29,320 nucleotides of DNA from Vulcanimicrobiota bacterium. GTDB lineage: Bacteria; Vulcanimicrobiota; Vulcanimicrobiia; Vulcanimicrobiales; Vulcanimicrobiaceae. Made by a program: the position numbers and the translations under genes. The stretch spans positions 1 through 29,320 of the forward strand of contig PLCF01000066.1 in NCBI GenBank assembly GCA_003135555.1. Direction: 5' to 3'. Position 1 is the first letter of the stretch; each line of letters starts with the position of its first letter. Shown in pieces: positions 16,086 through 25,752 of this stretch. The notes beneath the pieces were generated by a model. That model worked only from the letters and a program-made list of their open reading frames with translations. It was not told the DNA's origin and ran no database searches.

Positions 16086-16934
16086 GTGATCCGTGGACTC
16101 GCTCTCGCCGCGGCCGCGCTCGCGCTGGCTGCACCCGCGGCACCCGTGATGGCGCAAGACGACGTCGCGCGCCAGCTGATCGACGCCTGTGTGGGCTGCC
16201 GCCTGCCGAAGGATCTGCACGGCCGCGACCTGCACGGATTGCGCTTCGTCGGCAGCGACTTGCGCAACGTCGACTTCTCGCACGCCAACCTCAGCGGCGC
16301 GCAGTTCACCGGCGCGAACCTCGACGGCACGCGCTTCGACGATGCGAACCTGCGCAACGCCCAGTTCATCGGGGTCCGGCTGCGCAGCACGTCGTTCGCG
16401 CGCGCGAACACCGAGGGTGTGCGCTTCGTCGGCGCGGCCGTTTCACAAGCCGACGTCGACGGCGCGGCCGGACGAGTGATAATACACGACTGCACCGGGT
16501 GCTCGTTCAAAGGTCTCGATCTGCACGATGCCGATCTGCGCGGCATCAGGATCGTCGGCGCCAGCCTGCGCGGGGCCAAGCTCGCCGGGGCACGCCTCAA
16601 CGATGCGCGCTTGACCGGCGTTGGCGCTCAAGGCGCCGATTTCTCCCGCACCGATCTGCGCGGCGCCAACTTGGTCGGTGCCAGCCTGCGCAGCGCGCGT
16701 TTAGAGGCCGCGACGATCGGCGACGCGGTCATCTGCAGTGAAAACCAAGGCGGAGAGCGTCCCACGACGTGCGTCGACTTGCGCGGCGTCGATCTCCACG
16801 GCCTCGATTTTCGGGCGGCACGGTACTGCAGCATCGAGTATCGCAACGACTACCGCGGCTGCCGCACCGTCACGCGCCAGGAGCTCACCGAGTTCGCCCA
16901 TGCCGACCTCAGCGGCGCGCAAGCGCCCACGTAA
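16086..16934 (+). CDS. Secreted pentapeptide-repeat protein
   Basis: AAGGAG SD; signal peptide; CVGC and CTGC caps; ANLSG/ANLDG/ADLRG repeats. Confidence 0.9.
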   Translation: MIRGLALAAAALALAAPAAPVMAQDDVARQLIDACVGCRLPKDLHGRDLHGLRFVGSDLRNVDFSHANLSGAQFTGANLDGTRFDDANLRNAQFIGVRLRSTSFARANTEGVRFVGAAVSQADVDGAAGRVIIHDCTGCSFKGLDLHDADLRGIRIVGASLRGAKLAGARLNDARLTGVGAQGADFSRTDLRGANLVGASLRSARLEAATIGDAVICSENQGGERPTTCVDLRGVDLHGLDFRAARYCSIEYRNDYRGCRTVTRQELTEFAHADLSGAQAPT

Positions 16935-16956
16935 GGTAATGGAACGGGACGAACGC

Positions 16957-17358
16957 CTAGGGGTGCCGGATCTCCCCCCAGGCGCGAATGACGGCGTCGG
17001 CCGAGGGCGCGCGCCGTGACTGCGCCGCTTCGAGCGCGATGAGCGACGCGACGCGAGCCCGTTTGGCCTCGAATCGCGGCAGCCAGCTGTCGCGCGGGTA
17101 GTGGACGCGCCAGTCCTGCATGGCGTCGCTCACCAGCGCGAGCTGGCCGCTCATCGCCGCCGCGTTGCGATCGCCGCTCGAGGCGCGGCGCTCAAGTCCG
17201 TCGAGCGCGTTGCGGATCCCCAGCACGCTCATCTTCATGCGGCCGAAATACTCGTCGGCCGGGGCGAGGTCGCGCATCGTCGTCGCGTGCGCGGGAGCGT
17301 AGCAAGCGACGACCAGCGCCGTGATGAAGGCCAGCCTAGTCACGCGGAAGTTGGGCAT
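16957..17358 (-). CDS. Secreted hypothetical protein (paralog A)
   Basis: Signal peptide; LAPADEYFGRMKMSVLGIRNAL...DWRVHYPRDSWLP. Confidence 0.8.
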   Translation of the reverse strand: MPNFRVTRLAFITALVVACYAPAHATTMRDLAPADEYFGRMKMSVLGIRNALDGLERRASSGDRNAAAMSGQLALVSDAMQDWRVHYPRDSWLPRFEAKRARVASLIALEAAQSRRAPSADAVIRAWGEIRHP

Positions 17359-17740
17359 ATTGCGACTCCGGGAACGTGGCGGTCAGCCAGTCCAGCGTGT
17401 CGTTCCGGCGGACGCGAGCGTCGTCGAAGTCGAGTTTGCCGTAAAGCTGCGCCAAACTAAAGGCGTACTTGGGGATCCATGGATCGCGCGGAAAGTGGGC
17501 ATGCCAATCGCGCAGCGCGTCCTCGACCAGCACCGCCTTGTCGAAGATGTGCTCGGCCTCTTCCGGGCGCGCGGTAGCGCGTTCCGAAAGGTCCTTGAGG
17601 GCGTTGCGAACGCCCAGGATGCTCATCTTGAGCCGCCCGAAATACCGGTCGGCGGGTGCCAGGTTCGCCATAGGCTCCGCCGCAAAGGCGGGAGCGGCGA
17701 ACGAAGTCGCGAGCAGCAATGCGAAAACGATCCGTCTCAT
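17336..17740 (-). CDS. Secreted hypothetical protein (paralog B)
   Basis: Signal peptide MRRIVFALLLATSFAAPAFA; LAPADRYFGRLKMSILGVRNAL...DWHAHFPRDPWIP. Confidence 0.82.
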   Translation of the reverse strand: MRRIVFALLLATSFAAPAFAAEPMANLAPADRYFGRLKMSILGVRNALKDLSERATARPEEAEHIFDKAVLVEDALRDWHAHFPRDPWIPKYAFSLAQLYGKLDFDDARVRRNDTLDWLTATFPESQYAQLPRD

Positions 17741-17898
17741 GAGCGCACGTCCTTGTCGAGGGGTTGACGAAGCGCGGCGCACCGTTCCGTAACACGCCGC
17801 GTACCTTCTCCATCGGACGCCGCACAAGCTGGATTAACTCGCCTGCATCACACTTCGAACCGGACGTCCGCGAGGTTGTGACGCCGCGCTCTTTACTG

Positions 17899-20800
17899 CT
17901 ATTCCGGATCGCTGAACAGGAACGCGAGGTCGTCGCGGGTGAGCGTTTTCGCGACGGCGCTGTCGGCCTTGACCACGGCTTTGGACAGCGCGGTCTTGCG
18001 CTCGGCCAGCGCGCGGATCTTCTCTTCGACCGAGCCGGCGGTGACCATCCGATAGGCGGTAACCGGGCGCGTCTGGCCGATCCGGTGGGTGCGGTCGATG
18101 GCCTGTCGCTCGACGGCCGGATTCCACCACGGGTCGTACAGGATGACGTAGTCGGCGGCGGTGAGCGTCAGCCCGACGCCGCCGGCCTTGAGCGAACACA
18201 GGAACACCGGCGGCCCCTCGTCGCTCATGAAGCGCTCGACCTCGGCTTGACGGTCGCGGTCCTTGGTCGCGCCGTCGAGGTAACCGTAGCGCACGTTCTT
18301 GCGGTCGAGCGAGGTCCGCATGATCTTGAGCATCGACGAGAACGCGCTGAACACCAGCACCTTGTGCCCGCCGTCGAGCACCTCTTCGACGGTCTCCATG
18401 AATGCGTCGAATTTACCGCTGGCATCGGGATCGTCGAGGTACTCCGGCACGAGCAAGCCGGGATGCGCGCACACCTGGCGCAGCCGAGTCAGCGCCGCGA
18501 GCACGTGGACGGTGGTCGACTCGGCGCCGTCGTCGTCGAACTTCGCCAGCACGTCGCGGCGCGCGGCCTCGGCTATGCCGCGATAGAGCCGCCGTTGCAG
18601 CGGGGTCAGCTCGCACTCGATCACCGCCTCGGTGCGCTCGGGCAGCTCGCGGGCGACGTCTTCCTTCGTCCGGCGCAGGACGAAGGGCTCCAGGCGCGAG
18701 CGCAGCGCCGCCGCGGCGCCTTCGTCGCCGTCGGCGATCGGCAGCTCGAAGCGGCGGCGGAACGAGGTCTCGGAGCCCAGCAAGCCCGGTTCGACGAAGC
18801 CGAAGATCGCCCACAGATCGCGCAGCGAGTTCTCGACCGGCGTCCCGGTCAGCGCCAGCCGGTGATCGGCCTGCAGCCCGCGCACGACCTTGGCGATCTG
18901 CGAGCCCGGGTTCTTGGCGTTCTGGGCCTCGTCGAGCACCAGCGTCCGGAAGCGGAAGCGCTCGAGCTGATGCGCGTCGAGCCGAGCCAAGGCGTAGGAC
19001 GTGACCACGACGTCGTAGTCGAAGATCGTCTCGTACTTGGCCGCCCGGTCGCTGCCCGACTGTAGCCGCAGCGTCCGCAGCGACGGCGCGAACTTCTTGA
19101 TCTCGTTCTCCCACGTATGCGTCACCGACGTCGGCGCAATGACCAGCACCGGAACCTCGCCTTCGATCTCCTTGCGCTTGAGAATGTGCGCGATCACCTG
19201 CACCGTATTGTGGGTGACGATAAAATCATCGGTTACGTACAGCTGATCCGGCGCATCGACCGCGATGCATTGCATTTCGCGAGGCTCGAGCGGCACTACC
19301 TTGACGATCGCCCGAGACGGTTGATACTTTGGACGACCGCCGAATCGTCCGGCTTTACGAGCGATTCGAAACGGGTTGAACCAGTCAAGAGCGATAGTTA
19401 CACGGTAGCCCGGCTTCCCAACGCGTTGTTCACCGCGATAGCGATACTTTGGAGCCGCCCTGTAATTCATTCGCGCCGTTCCGCTCAAGGATCGCACCAA
19501 GAATGCCACGCCTTCCGCGAGATCCTCAGACGCCGAGTAGAACTCCACATGCCCACGCGCATCAACGTATCCGTCCGTGTCCATCAACCCTTGCAGCAGC
19601 GCCAAACGTTGAGAAACGTCTCCAAGCAGGTACGCTGTGGGGATGAATTTCTTTTCGGACGTTCGTCCCATCAGACCATACTGCTTGAGGGTTCCGCGGA
19701 CGACGTTCGGAATGCTCGCCGCTGGCGATGCATTCAGCGCCATTCGGATGCGATATCCATATTGGCTGAACTGTACGATTTCCGTGCCGGTTGGCGTCAA
19801 CTGACGACATTCTTCGACAAGGTCCTCGTCGGCAGACGTCAGGTAGATGCTACTGCGCGACGAGATGCCTCCATCGCCCAGTAAGCAGCCCATCAGATAT
19901 GGATCGATGTCGTAACTGCTAGGCGAGCCGAAGCGCATGGGGCGCGCGATCGGAATGTAGTGACGCGCGTTGCCCGCAGCGTCGTGCAGCCGCTTCCGGA
20001 TCTCCGAGAGCGGTAAAACGCGAGGCGGATTGCCGCGCTTCTTTCGTACCGCCGAATTTACGAGCCAAAGGTGATCGTCAGAGCATACGGTCCACGAGCC
20101 GTCGCTAAAGAAGACGCGGAAAGCGGGGAGTTCTCCCTGCGGAAAGACACCCGTTACGCGTGAGATGCCACCTTCAGCGTTCATGATGCGGTCGCCCGGC
20201 ATCAAGTCACCAAAACGGCGCCAACCAGTCGGTGTTAGAACACGACAATTAACCGGTTGAGCTTTCCCGACGCCCATATCGTCCGCTAGAATTCCACCGA
20301 AACGGAACGACGACAGGTACGACAAGAAGTCCAACCCCCGGCGCTGGTAATCTCGCAGGACATGTTCGAGAATGTCGGGCGGCGGTACTTCTTCGATTCC
20401 GGCAAAGTTGCGCAAGCGTTCGCGGATGCGTTCGACTTCTGCGGGCAGTGCGACGTCGCCGAAGGCTTCGTGCAACTCGTCGCGCATCGCGACGAGTGAG
20501 GCCAGTCCCGTGCGGCGGCGATCGGTCAGCTCGGAGAGCAGGTACTGGCGCGAGCGCAGGTCGGCGACGTCGACGAGCTTGCCGCGCACTTCGGCGTAGC
20601 GCCCCTTCGAGCCCAGCAGCGCGCGCAGCTCCTCGCGCGTGAGCGGCTGGCCGCCGCCGACGAACACCGCCACGTCGAGCTCGAACCAATCACCGACCTC
20701 GGCCGCGGTCGCGCTGACCGAGACGTCGACCTTGCCGCCGCCGGCCAGCGCCGCAAGCGATTCGTCGAGCCGAATCTCGACGTCGTCCCACGACGGCCAG

Positions 20801-22110
20801 ACCGTGCGCACGATCTCGGCCGCGCGGTCCGCATCGTGCAGCGCGAAGCCGTCGCCGCCGCGCGGCACGAACCCCGCTTCCAAGAACCGCCGGGCGAAGC
20901 CGCGCGCGACGTCGGGCGCCCAGCGCACGAAGCGTCCGCCGCTGGCGCTCACCGCACCGTGCGGGCTGAAGGTCGCGAAGCCGCCGCTGTCGCGATCGAG
21001 GAAGGCCAGTCGCGCCGCCAACGCGCCGTCACGCCAAGCGGCGCGAACGACGAGCGCCGGACGTTGCACGTCGACGACACCGAGATCGGCGCGCTCTTCG
21101 CCGGTCAGGAACGGTGCGACACGAGCGATGGCCCGAATCGACGGAGCTTCGGTTGCGTCGACTGCGTCCGACGCTTCGCCGGCGGCGGCGCGAGCGGCTG
21201 CGACGACCTTGCGCGCATCGAAAGATCCGTCGAGCAGAAATGCGCAGCGTTCGGCGACCAGCCACGCAGGCGGACCGTCGACCACCGCCGCCTCGGCCGC
21301 GGAGATGCGACTGCCTTCGGGCGTTTCGAGCACCGGTGAGAAGCGAGCGCCGGTGCGCGCGGCGCGCAACCGGATGCCGCGCGATTCGACCGCGAACGGC
21401 GGCAGCTCCGAGGGGTGGCGATTCTCGCCCGGCGCGTCGTCGAAGCGCAGTCGCGGGTGGCGCGCCAGCCGGAAGAGCGCGCGCGCCAGCGCCTTGGACG
21501 ACGCTCGCGCACCGAACGCCTCTTGCACGGCGTCGTCACGCAGCATCGTGCGGTCGACGTCGTCCCAGTCGTCGGGCGGAGTCTGGTCCATCATCGCCAG
21601 GATCGCGTCGGCGTCGCGAATCACCCCACGCAGCCGCGGCGTGTCGAGGTAGAGTGCGCCGCTGAGCATCCCGCCGTTGCCGACCGCGAGCACCGGCCAG
21701 ACCGCACGCGCCCGCGCACGCGCCCCGTCCGGTTCGGCGTCGGGGAGCCAGGAGAGGTCCGGCTCGAATCTGTCGGCGGCCAAGGGCGCGAGCGCCGCCT
21801 CTTCGGCGTTGCGCACGACCTCGAGCGTCGCGACGACGTGCTCGCACACCCCGCTTGCGCCGCAGGAGCAGACCGCCCGCAGCGCCTGCGGCCCGGTCCC
21901 CGAGGCCCACTCGACCGCTGTGCTGACCGGCAAGCGCTCCTTGACGGTCGCTTCGATCCGGATCGCCTCGACGGAACGCAAAACGACGCGCTCGCCCTCG
22001 ACGAGGCTGAGCGCAGCACGGGTCAGGTCACGGGCGAACCAGGTTCCGATCTGCGCCGGAAGGCGCGACCGCCACAGCGCGTACGGGGTCAACCTACCGT
22101 CTTTCGCCAC
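17899..22110 (-). CDS. SWIM zinc-finger SNF2-family helicase/ATPase containing an intein
   Basis: SWIM CSCGASGVCEH; LRDYQ; LADDMGVGK[intein]T; LDEAQ; LTGTPVEN; SLKAGGVGLTL; DPWWNP; QAIDRTHRIGQ. Confidence 0.95.
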   Translation of the reverse strand: MAKDGRLTPYALWRSRLPAQIGTWFARDLTRAALSLVEGERVVLRSVEAIRIEATVKERLPVSTAVEWASGTGPQALRAVCSCGASGVCEHVVATLEVVRNAEEAALAPLAADRFEPDLSWLPDAEPDGARARARAVWPVLAVGNGGMLSGALYLDTPRLRGVIRDADAILAMMDQTPPDDWDDVDRTMLRDDAVQEAFGARASSKALARALFRLARHPRLRFDDAPGENRHPSELPPFAVESRGIRLRAARTGARFSPVLETPEGSRISAAEAAVVDGPPAWLVAERCAFLLDGSFDARKVVAAARAAAGEASDAVDATEAPSIRAIARVAPFLTGEERADLGVVDVQRPALVVRAAWRDGALAARLAFLDRDSGGFATFSPHGAVSASGGRFVRWAPDVARGFARRFLEAGFVPRGGDGFALHDADRAAEIVRTVWPSWDDVEIRLDESLAALAGGGKVDVSVSATAAEVGDWFELDVAVFVGGGQPLTREELRALLGSKGRYAEVRGKLVDVADLRSRQYLLSELTDRRRTGLASLVAMRDELHEAFGDVALPAEVERIRERLRNFAGIEEVPPPDILEHVLRDYQRRGLDFLSYLSSFRFGGILADDMGVGKAQPVNCRVLTPTGWRRFGDLMPGDRIMNAEGGISRVTGVFPQGELPAFRVFFSDGSWTVCSDDHLWLVNSAVRKKRGNPPRVLPLSEIRKRLHDAAGNARHYIPIARPMRFGSPSSYDIDPYLMGCLLGDGGISSRSSIYLTSADEDLVEECRQLTPTGTEIVQFSQYGYRIRMALNASPAASIPNVVRGTLKQYGLMGRTSEKKFIPTAYLLGDVSQRLALLQGLMDTDGYVDARGHVEFYSASEDLAEGVAFLVRSLSGTARMNYRAAPKYRYRGEQRVGKPGYRVTIALDWFNPFRIARKAGRFGGRPKYQPSRAIVKVVPLEPREMQCIAVDAPDQLYVTDDFIVTHNTVQVIAHILKRKEIEGEVPVLVIAPTSVTHTWENEIKKFAPSLRTLRLQSGSDRAAKYETIFDYDVVVTSYALARLDAHQLERFRFRTLVLDEAQNAKNPGSQIAKVVRGLQADHRLALTGTPVENSLRDLWAIFGFVEPGLLGSETSFRRRFELPIADGDEGAAAALRSRLEPFVLRRTKEDVARELPERTEAVIECELTPLQRRLYRGIAEAARRDVLAKFDDDGAESTTVHVLAALTRLRQVCAHPGLLVPEYLDDPDASGKFDAFMETVEEVLDGGHKVLVFSAFSSMLKIMRTSLDRKNVRYGYLDGATKDRDRQAEVERFMSDEGPPVFLCSLKAGGVGLTLTAADYVILYDPWWNPAVERQAIDRTHRIGQTRPVTAYRMVTAGSVEEKIRALAERKTALSKAVVKADSAVAKTLTRDDLAFLFSDPE
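19207..20262 (-). mobile_element. Class 3 intein (352 aa) with LAGLIDADG homing endonuclease
   Basis: Splits Walker A GK|T. Begins AQPVNCRVLTPTGW; block B SDDHLW; LAGLIDADG motifs LMGCLLGDGG and LLQGLMDTDG; block F MQCIAVD; ends VTHN followed by Thr(+1); visibly lower GC than the host gene. Confidence 0.95.
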
Positions 22111-22137
22111 GAGCCCGTCGGTTTCCCGACGGGCTCG
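22110..22137 (-). terminator. Perfect 12-bp hairpin between clpC and the SNF2 gene (terminator/attenuator-like)
   Basis: Minus strand CGAGCCCGTCGG-GAAA-CCGACGGGCTCG; no U-tract. Confidence 0.5.
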
Positions 22138-22167
22138 CGTGGCTCAGCGCGCACCGTGCGTGCGTCG

Positions 22168-24666
22168 TCAGACCTGCTGGGTCTCCGGTTGACTCGGCGC
22201 GGGCGGTTCGAGGTGCGGGATCTTCGAGAATCGCAGCTTCTCGGGGTTGGCCTGGTCGACTTCGGCCAGGATCCGATCGCCCGATCCGAAGTTGCCCTTG
22301 AGCATCTCTTCGGCCAGCTCGTCTTCGACTTCGCGCTGGATCGCTCGGCGCAGCGGACGCGCCCCGAACTGCGGATCCCAGCCCTTCTTGGCCAGCAGTT
22401 GCTTCGCGTCTTCGGTGACTTCGAGCGACATGTCCTGAGCCTTGACTTCGCGCGCGACCTTCTCGAGCTCGAGCCCGACGATCTCGGCGATCTGTTCGCG
22501 GCTGAGCTGATGGAAGACGACCACTTCGTCGACACGGTTGAGGAACTCCGGCCGGAACGAGTGCTTGACCTCGTCGAGCACTTTGTTCTTCATCCGCTCG
22601 TAGGCCTGATCGTCACTGGCCTCGGTGCCGCGCGCCGGGCGGAAACCGATCTCGGTGTTCGTCGTCATCCCGGTCGCGCCGACGTTGGAGGTCATGATGA
22701 TGACGGTGTTCTTGAAGTCGACGACGCGGCCCTGAGAATCGGTGAGGCGGCCGTCTTCGAGCACCTGCAGCAGCAGGTTGAACACGTCGGGATGCGCTTT
22801 CTCGATCTCGTCGAGCAACACGACGGAATACGGACGGCGCCGCACCGCTTCGGTGAGCTGACCGCCCTCTTCGTAGCCGACGTAGCCCGGAGGTGCGCCG
22901 ACCAGCCGCGAGACCGCGTACTTCTCCATGTACTCCGACATGTCGATGCGGATCATCGACTCGGCGTCGTCGAACATGAACTCGGCCAGCGAACGCGCGA
23001 CCTCGGTCTTGCCGACGCCCGTTGGGCCCAGGAAGATGAACGAGCCGATCGGGCGCTTCGGATTCTTGAGTCCGGCGCGCGAACGGCGGATCGCGCGGGT
23101 CAGCGTCGAGATCGCCTGATTCTGGCCGATCACGCGCTTGTGGAGCTGATCCTCCATCCCGAGCAGCTTGGCCGTCTCGGCCTGAGCCAGCTTGGAAACC
23201 GGGATCTTGGTCCACGACGATACGATGTGGGCGACGTCGGCCTCGGTGACCTTGAGCGTCTTGTCCTGCTGGGCACGTTTGTCGGCCCATTCCTGTTCGA
23301 GGCGCTGCTTCTCGAGGCGCAGCTTCTCCTCACGGTCGCGGATCGCAGCGGCTTTCTCGAACTCCTGCGACTTGACGACCGACTCTTTTTCTTGCTTGAC
23401 CTGGCGGATCTGGTTGTCGATTTCGCGAATCTCGGGCGGCGAGAGCGTCGCCTGTAACCGCACGCGCGACGCCGCCTCATCGATGAGGTCGACCGCTTTG
23501 TCGGGGAGGAAGCGGTCCGAGATGTAGCGGTCGCCGAGCTTGGCTGCGGCAACGAGCGCTTCGTCGGTGATGGTGACCTTGTGGTGCGCTTCGTAACGGT
23601 CGCGCAGCCCCTTGAGGATCTCGATCGTCTCATCGACCGTGGGCTCGCCGACCATGACCGGCTGGAAGCGGCGCTCGAGCGCCGAGTCCTTCTCAATGTG
23701 CTTGCGGAACTCGTTGAGCGTCGTGGCACCGATGCACTGCAGTTCGCCGCGCGCCAACGCCGGCTTGATGATGTTCGAGGCGTCGATCGCGCCCTCGGCG
23801 GCGCCCGCGCCGACGAGCGTGTGCAGTTCGTCGATGAACAGGATGATCTCGCCGGCGGCACCGCGGATCTCGTCCATCACGCGCTTCATCCGCTCTTCGA
23901 ACTCACCGCGATACTTCGTCCCCGCGACCAATCCGGCCAGGTCGAGGGTGATGACGCGCTTGTCGCGCAGCGGCTCGGGGATCTCGTTCTTGATGACCCG
24001 CTGCGCCAGCCCTTCGGCGATCGCAGTCTTCCCGACCCCGGGCTCACCGATGAGGGCCGGGTTGTTCTTGGTCCGGCGGCTGAGGATCTGGATGACGCGC
24101 TCGATCTCGTTGGCCCGGCCGATAACCGGGTCGAGCTTGTTCTCGCGAGCCAGGGTGGTCAGGTCGCGGCCGTAGGCGTCGAGCGTCGGTGTCTTGGACT
24201 TGCCCTTGGGCGCGGGGGGCTGCCCCTCGGCGCCGAGCAGGGAGGTCGTCTGGACGCGGACCTTGGCCGGGTCGACGCCCAGGTTGGTCAGGACGCGCGC
24301 GGCGACGCCCTCGCCCTCGCGGATGAGGCCCAGCAGCAGGTGTTCCGTACCGATGTAGTTGTGGTTGAGCTGGCGGGCCTCTTCGAAGGCGAGCTCGATC
24401 ACGCGCTTGGCGCGCGGGGTGAAGACCATCTCCTGCTGGACCGTCTGGCCGCCCCGGCCGACGATCGCCTCGACCTCCTGGCGCACTTTGGCCAGGTTGA
24501 CGCCCAGGGTCTCGAGGACTTTCGCCGCCAGGCTCTCGCCCTCGGAGATGATCCCGAGCAGGATGTGCTCGGTCCCGATGTAGTTGTTCCCGAGCCGCTG
24601 CGCCTCTTCCTGAGCGAGCACGATGCTCCGCCGAGCGCGTTCGGTGAACGGTTCCCACATTGACAT
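22168..24666 (-). CDS. clpC: ATP-dependent Clp protease ATP-binding subunit ClpC
   Basis: Two Clp-N repeats (YIGTEH); [25 protein letters not shown] '[11 protein letters not shown]'; [11 protein letters not shown] loop (EIGFRP); GARPLRR. Confidence 0.97.
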   Translation of the reverse strand: MSMWEPFTERARRSIVLAQEEAQRLGNNYIGTEHILLGIISEGESLAAKVLETLGVNLAKVRQEVEAIVGRGGQTVQQEMVFTPRAKRVIELAFEEARQLNHNYIGTEHLLLGLIREGEGVAARVLTNLGVDPAKVRVQTTSLLGAEGQPPAPKGKSKTPTLDAYGRDLTTLARENKLDPVIGRANEIERVIQILSRRTKNNPALIGEPGVGKTAIAEGLAQRVIKNEIPEPLRDKRVITLDLAGLVAGTKYRGEFEERMKRVMDEIRGAAGEIILFIDELHTLVGAGAAEGAIDASNIIKPALARGELQCIGATTLNEFRKHIEKDSALERRFQPVMVGEPTVDETIEILKGLRDRYEAHHKVTITDEALVAAAKLGDRYISDRFLPDKAVDLIDEAASRVRLQATLSPPEIREIDNQIRQVKQEKESVVKSQEFEKAAAIRDREEKLRLEKQRLEQEWADKRAQQDKTLKVTEADVAHIVSSWTKIPVSKLAQAETAKLLGMEDQLHKRVIGQNQAISTLTRAIRRSRAGLKNPKRPIGSFIFLGPTGVGKTEVARSLAEFMFDDAESMIRIDMSEYMEKYAVSRLVGAPPGYVGYEEGGQLTEAVRRRPYSVVLLDEIEKAHPDVFNLLLQVLEDGRLTDSQGRVVDFKNTVIIMTSNVGATGMTTNTEIGFRPARGTEASDDQAYERMKNKVLDEVKHSFRPEFLNRVDEVVVFHQLSREQIAEIVGLELEKVAREVKAQDMSLEVTEDAKQLLAKKGWDPQFGARPLRRAIQREVEDELAEEMLKGNFGSGDRILAEVDQANPEKLRFSKIPHLEPPAPSQPETQQV

Positions 24667-24837
24667 GACGCTTACGAAACTCCCCGAGCGGCCCAGCCGC
24701 TCCTGCTCCCCCGAACCGCCGGGCTATGCGATGCCCCGTGCAGGCCGTGGTGTACTAATAACTTTCGGCTGGTCGGTTCAGTTTCACACCCTAGGCATGG
24801 AAGCGGACCCCTGGGGAGCGAACGGTGGGTCTTCCCG

Positions 24838-25752
24838 TTGCACCCGGAGGACGGCGCAATCCATTTCCTAGGTCTGATCTCGGCGCCCGAGCTGCTCGAT
24901 CAGCTCGTCAACGGCGTCACGTTGGGGATGCTCTACATCCTCGTTGCCCTTGGCCTCAACATCATCCTCGGTCTCATGGGGGTGATCAACTTCTCGCACG
25001 GCGCGTTCTTCATGCTGGGCGCGTACATGATGTTCGAGCTCAACGGGCGGATCGGGTTCTGGCCCGCGATCCTCGCCGCCGCCGTCATCGTCGGATTGCT
25101 CGGGATGGGGTTCGAGAGGTTCCTGGTCCGGCCGCTGTACAAACGAATCCCTGAATATACGCTGCTTCTCACGTTTGGGACGGCGTTGATCTTCACGCAG
25201 ATCGTTCGCAGGGTGTGGGGCGACGACGCGGTGCGCGTCGACACGCCCGCGTACATGCCGGCGTCGATCAATCTGTTCGGGCTAGCGTTTCCGTTCTACA
25301 AGGACTTCCTGCTCGTCCTCATTACCATCGGGATCCTCGGCGCCGTGTGGCTGCTCTTGAACAAGACCAACATCGGCATCATCATCCGAGCTGGGACGCG
25401 CGACGCCGAGATGGTCAAGATCCTGGGCATCAACATGCCGCTGATGTTCACCCTGGTCTTCGGGATCGGTTCGCTCATGGCGGGGCTGGCCGGAGCGCTG
25501 GCCGCACCGATCTACGCGATTCAGCCCAGCCTCGCATCGCAGTGGATCGTGCTGACCTTCGTGATCGTGATCGTCGGCGGGATCGGCTCGTTCTGGGGCG
25601 CGATCGTGGGCGGCCTGCTCATCGGGATCCTCACCAGCTTCATGGCCCTGCTGTGGCCGCCGGCCGTGGAGATGACCGGCTACATCATCATGGGGATCAT
25701 CCTGTTGGTGCGACCGCGCGGTTTGTTCGGCGTGGAGGGTCTCTTCGAGTGA
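24838..25752 (+). CDS. livH: Branched-chain amino acid ABC transporter permease LivH-like
   Basis: QLVNGVTLGMLYILVALGLNIILGLMGVINFSHGAFFMLGAY; IVGGIGSFWGA; start codon uncertain. Confidence 0.9.
   Translation: MHPEDGAIHFLGLISAPELLDQLVNGVTLGMLYILVALGLNIILGLMGVINFSHGAFFMLGAYMMFELNGRIGFWPAILAAAVIVGLLGMGFERFLVRPLYKRIPEYTLLLTFGTALIFTQIVRRVWGDDAVRVDTPAYMPASINLFGLAFPFYKDFLLVLITIGILGAVWLLLNKTNIGIIIRAGTRDAEMVKILGINMPLMFTLVFGIGSLMAGLAGALAAPIYAIQPSLASQWIVLTFVIVIVGGIGSFWGAIVGGLLIGILTSFMALLWPPAVEMTGYIIMGIILLVRPRGLFGVEGLFE

Noticed and set aside
15440..16930. DNA-level 15-bp periodicity in the pentapeptide genes
   Set aside because: Fully explained by the protein pentapeptide repeats.
10730..22110. WYL + SNF2 helicase as a BREX/DISARM/Zorya-type defence island
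   Set aside because: The two genes are ~6 kb apart, separated by unrelated genes, with no methylase, nuclease, PglZ or other defence components; SWIM-SNF2 next to clpC looks like core genome.
21415..24663. Long + strand ORFs antisense to clpC and SNF2 (680 aa, 360 aa) and similar ones elsewhere (17764-19065, 356-1837, 14114-15382)
   Set aside because: Shadow ORFs typical of high-GC DNA opposite well-conserved genes; no motifs of their own.
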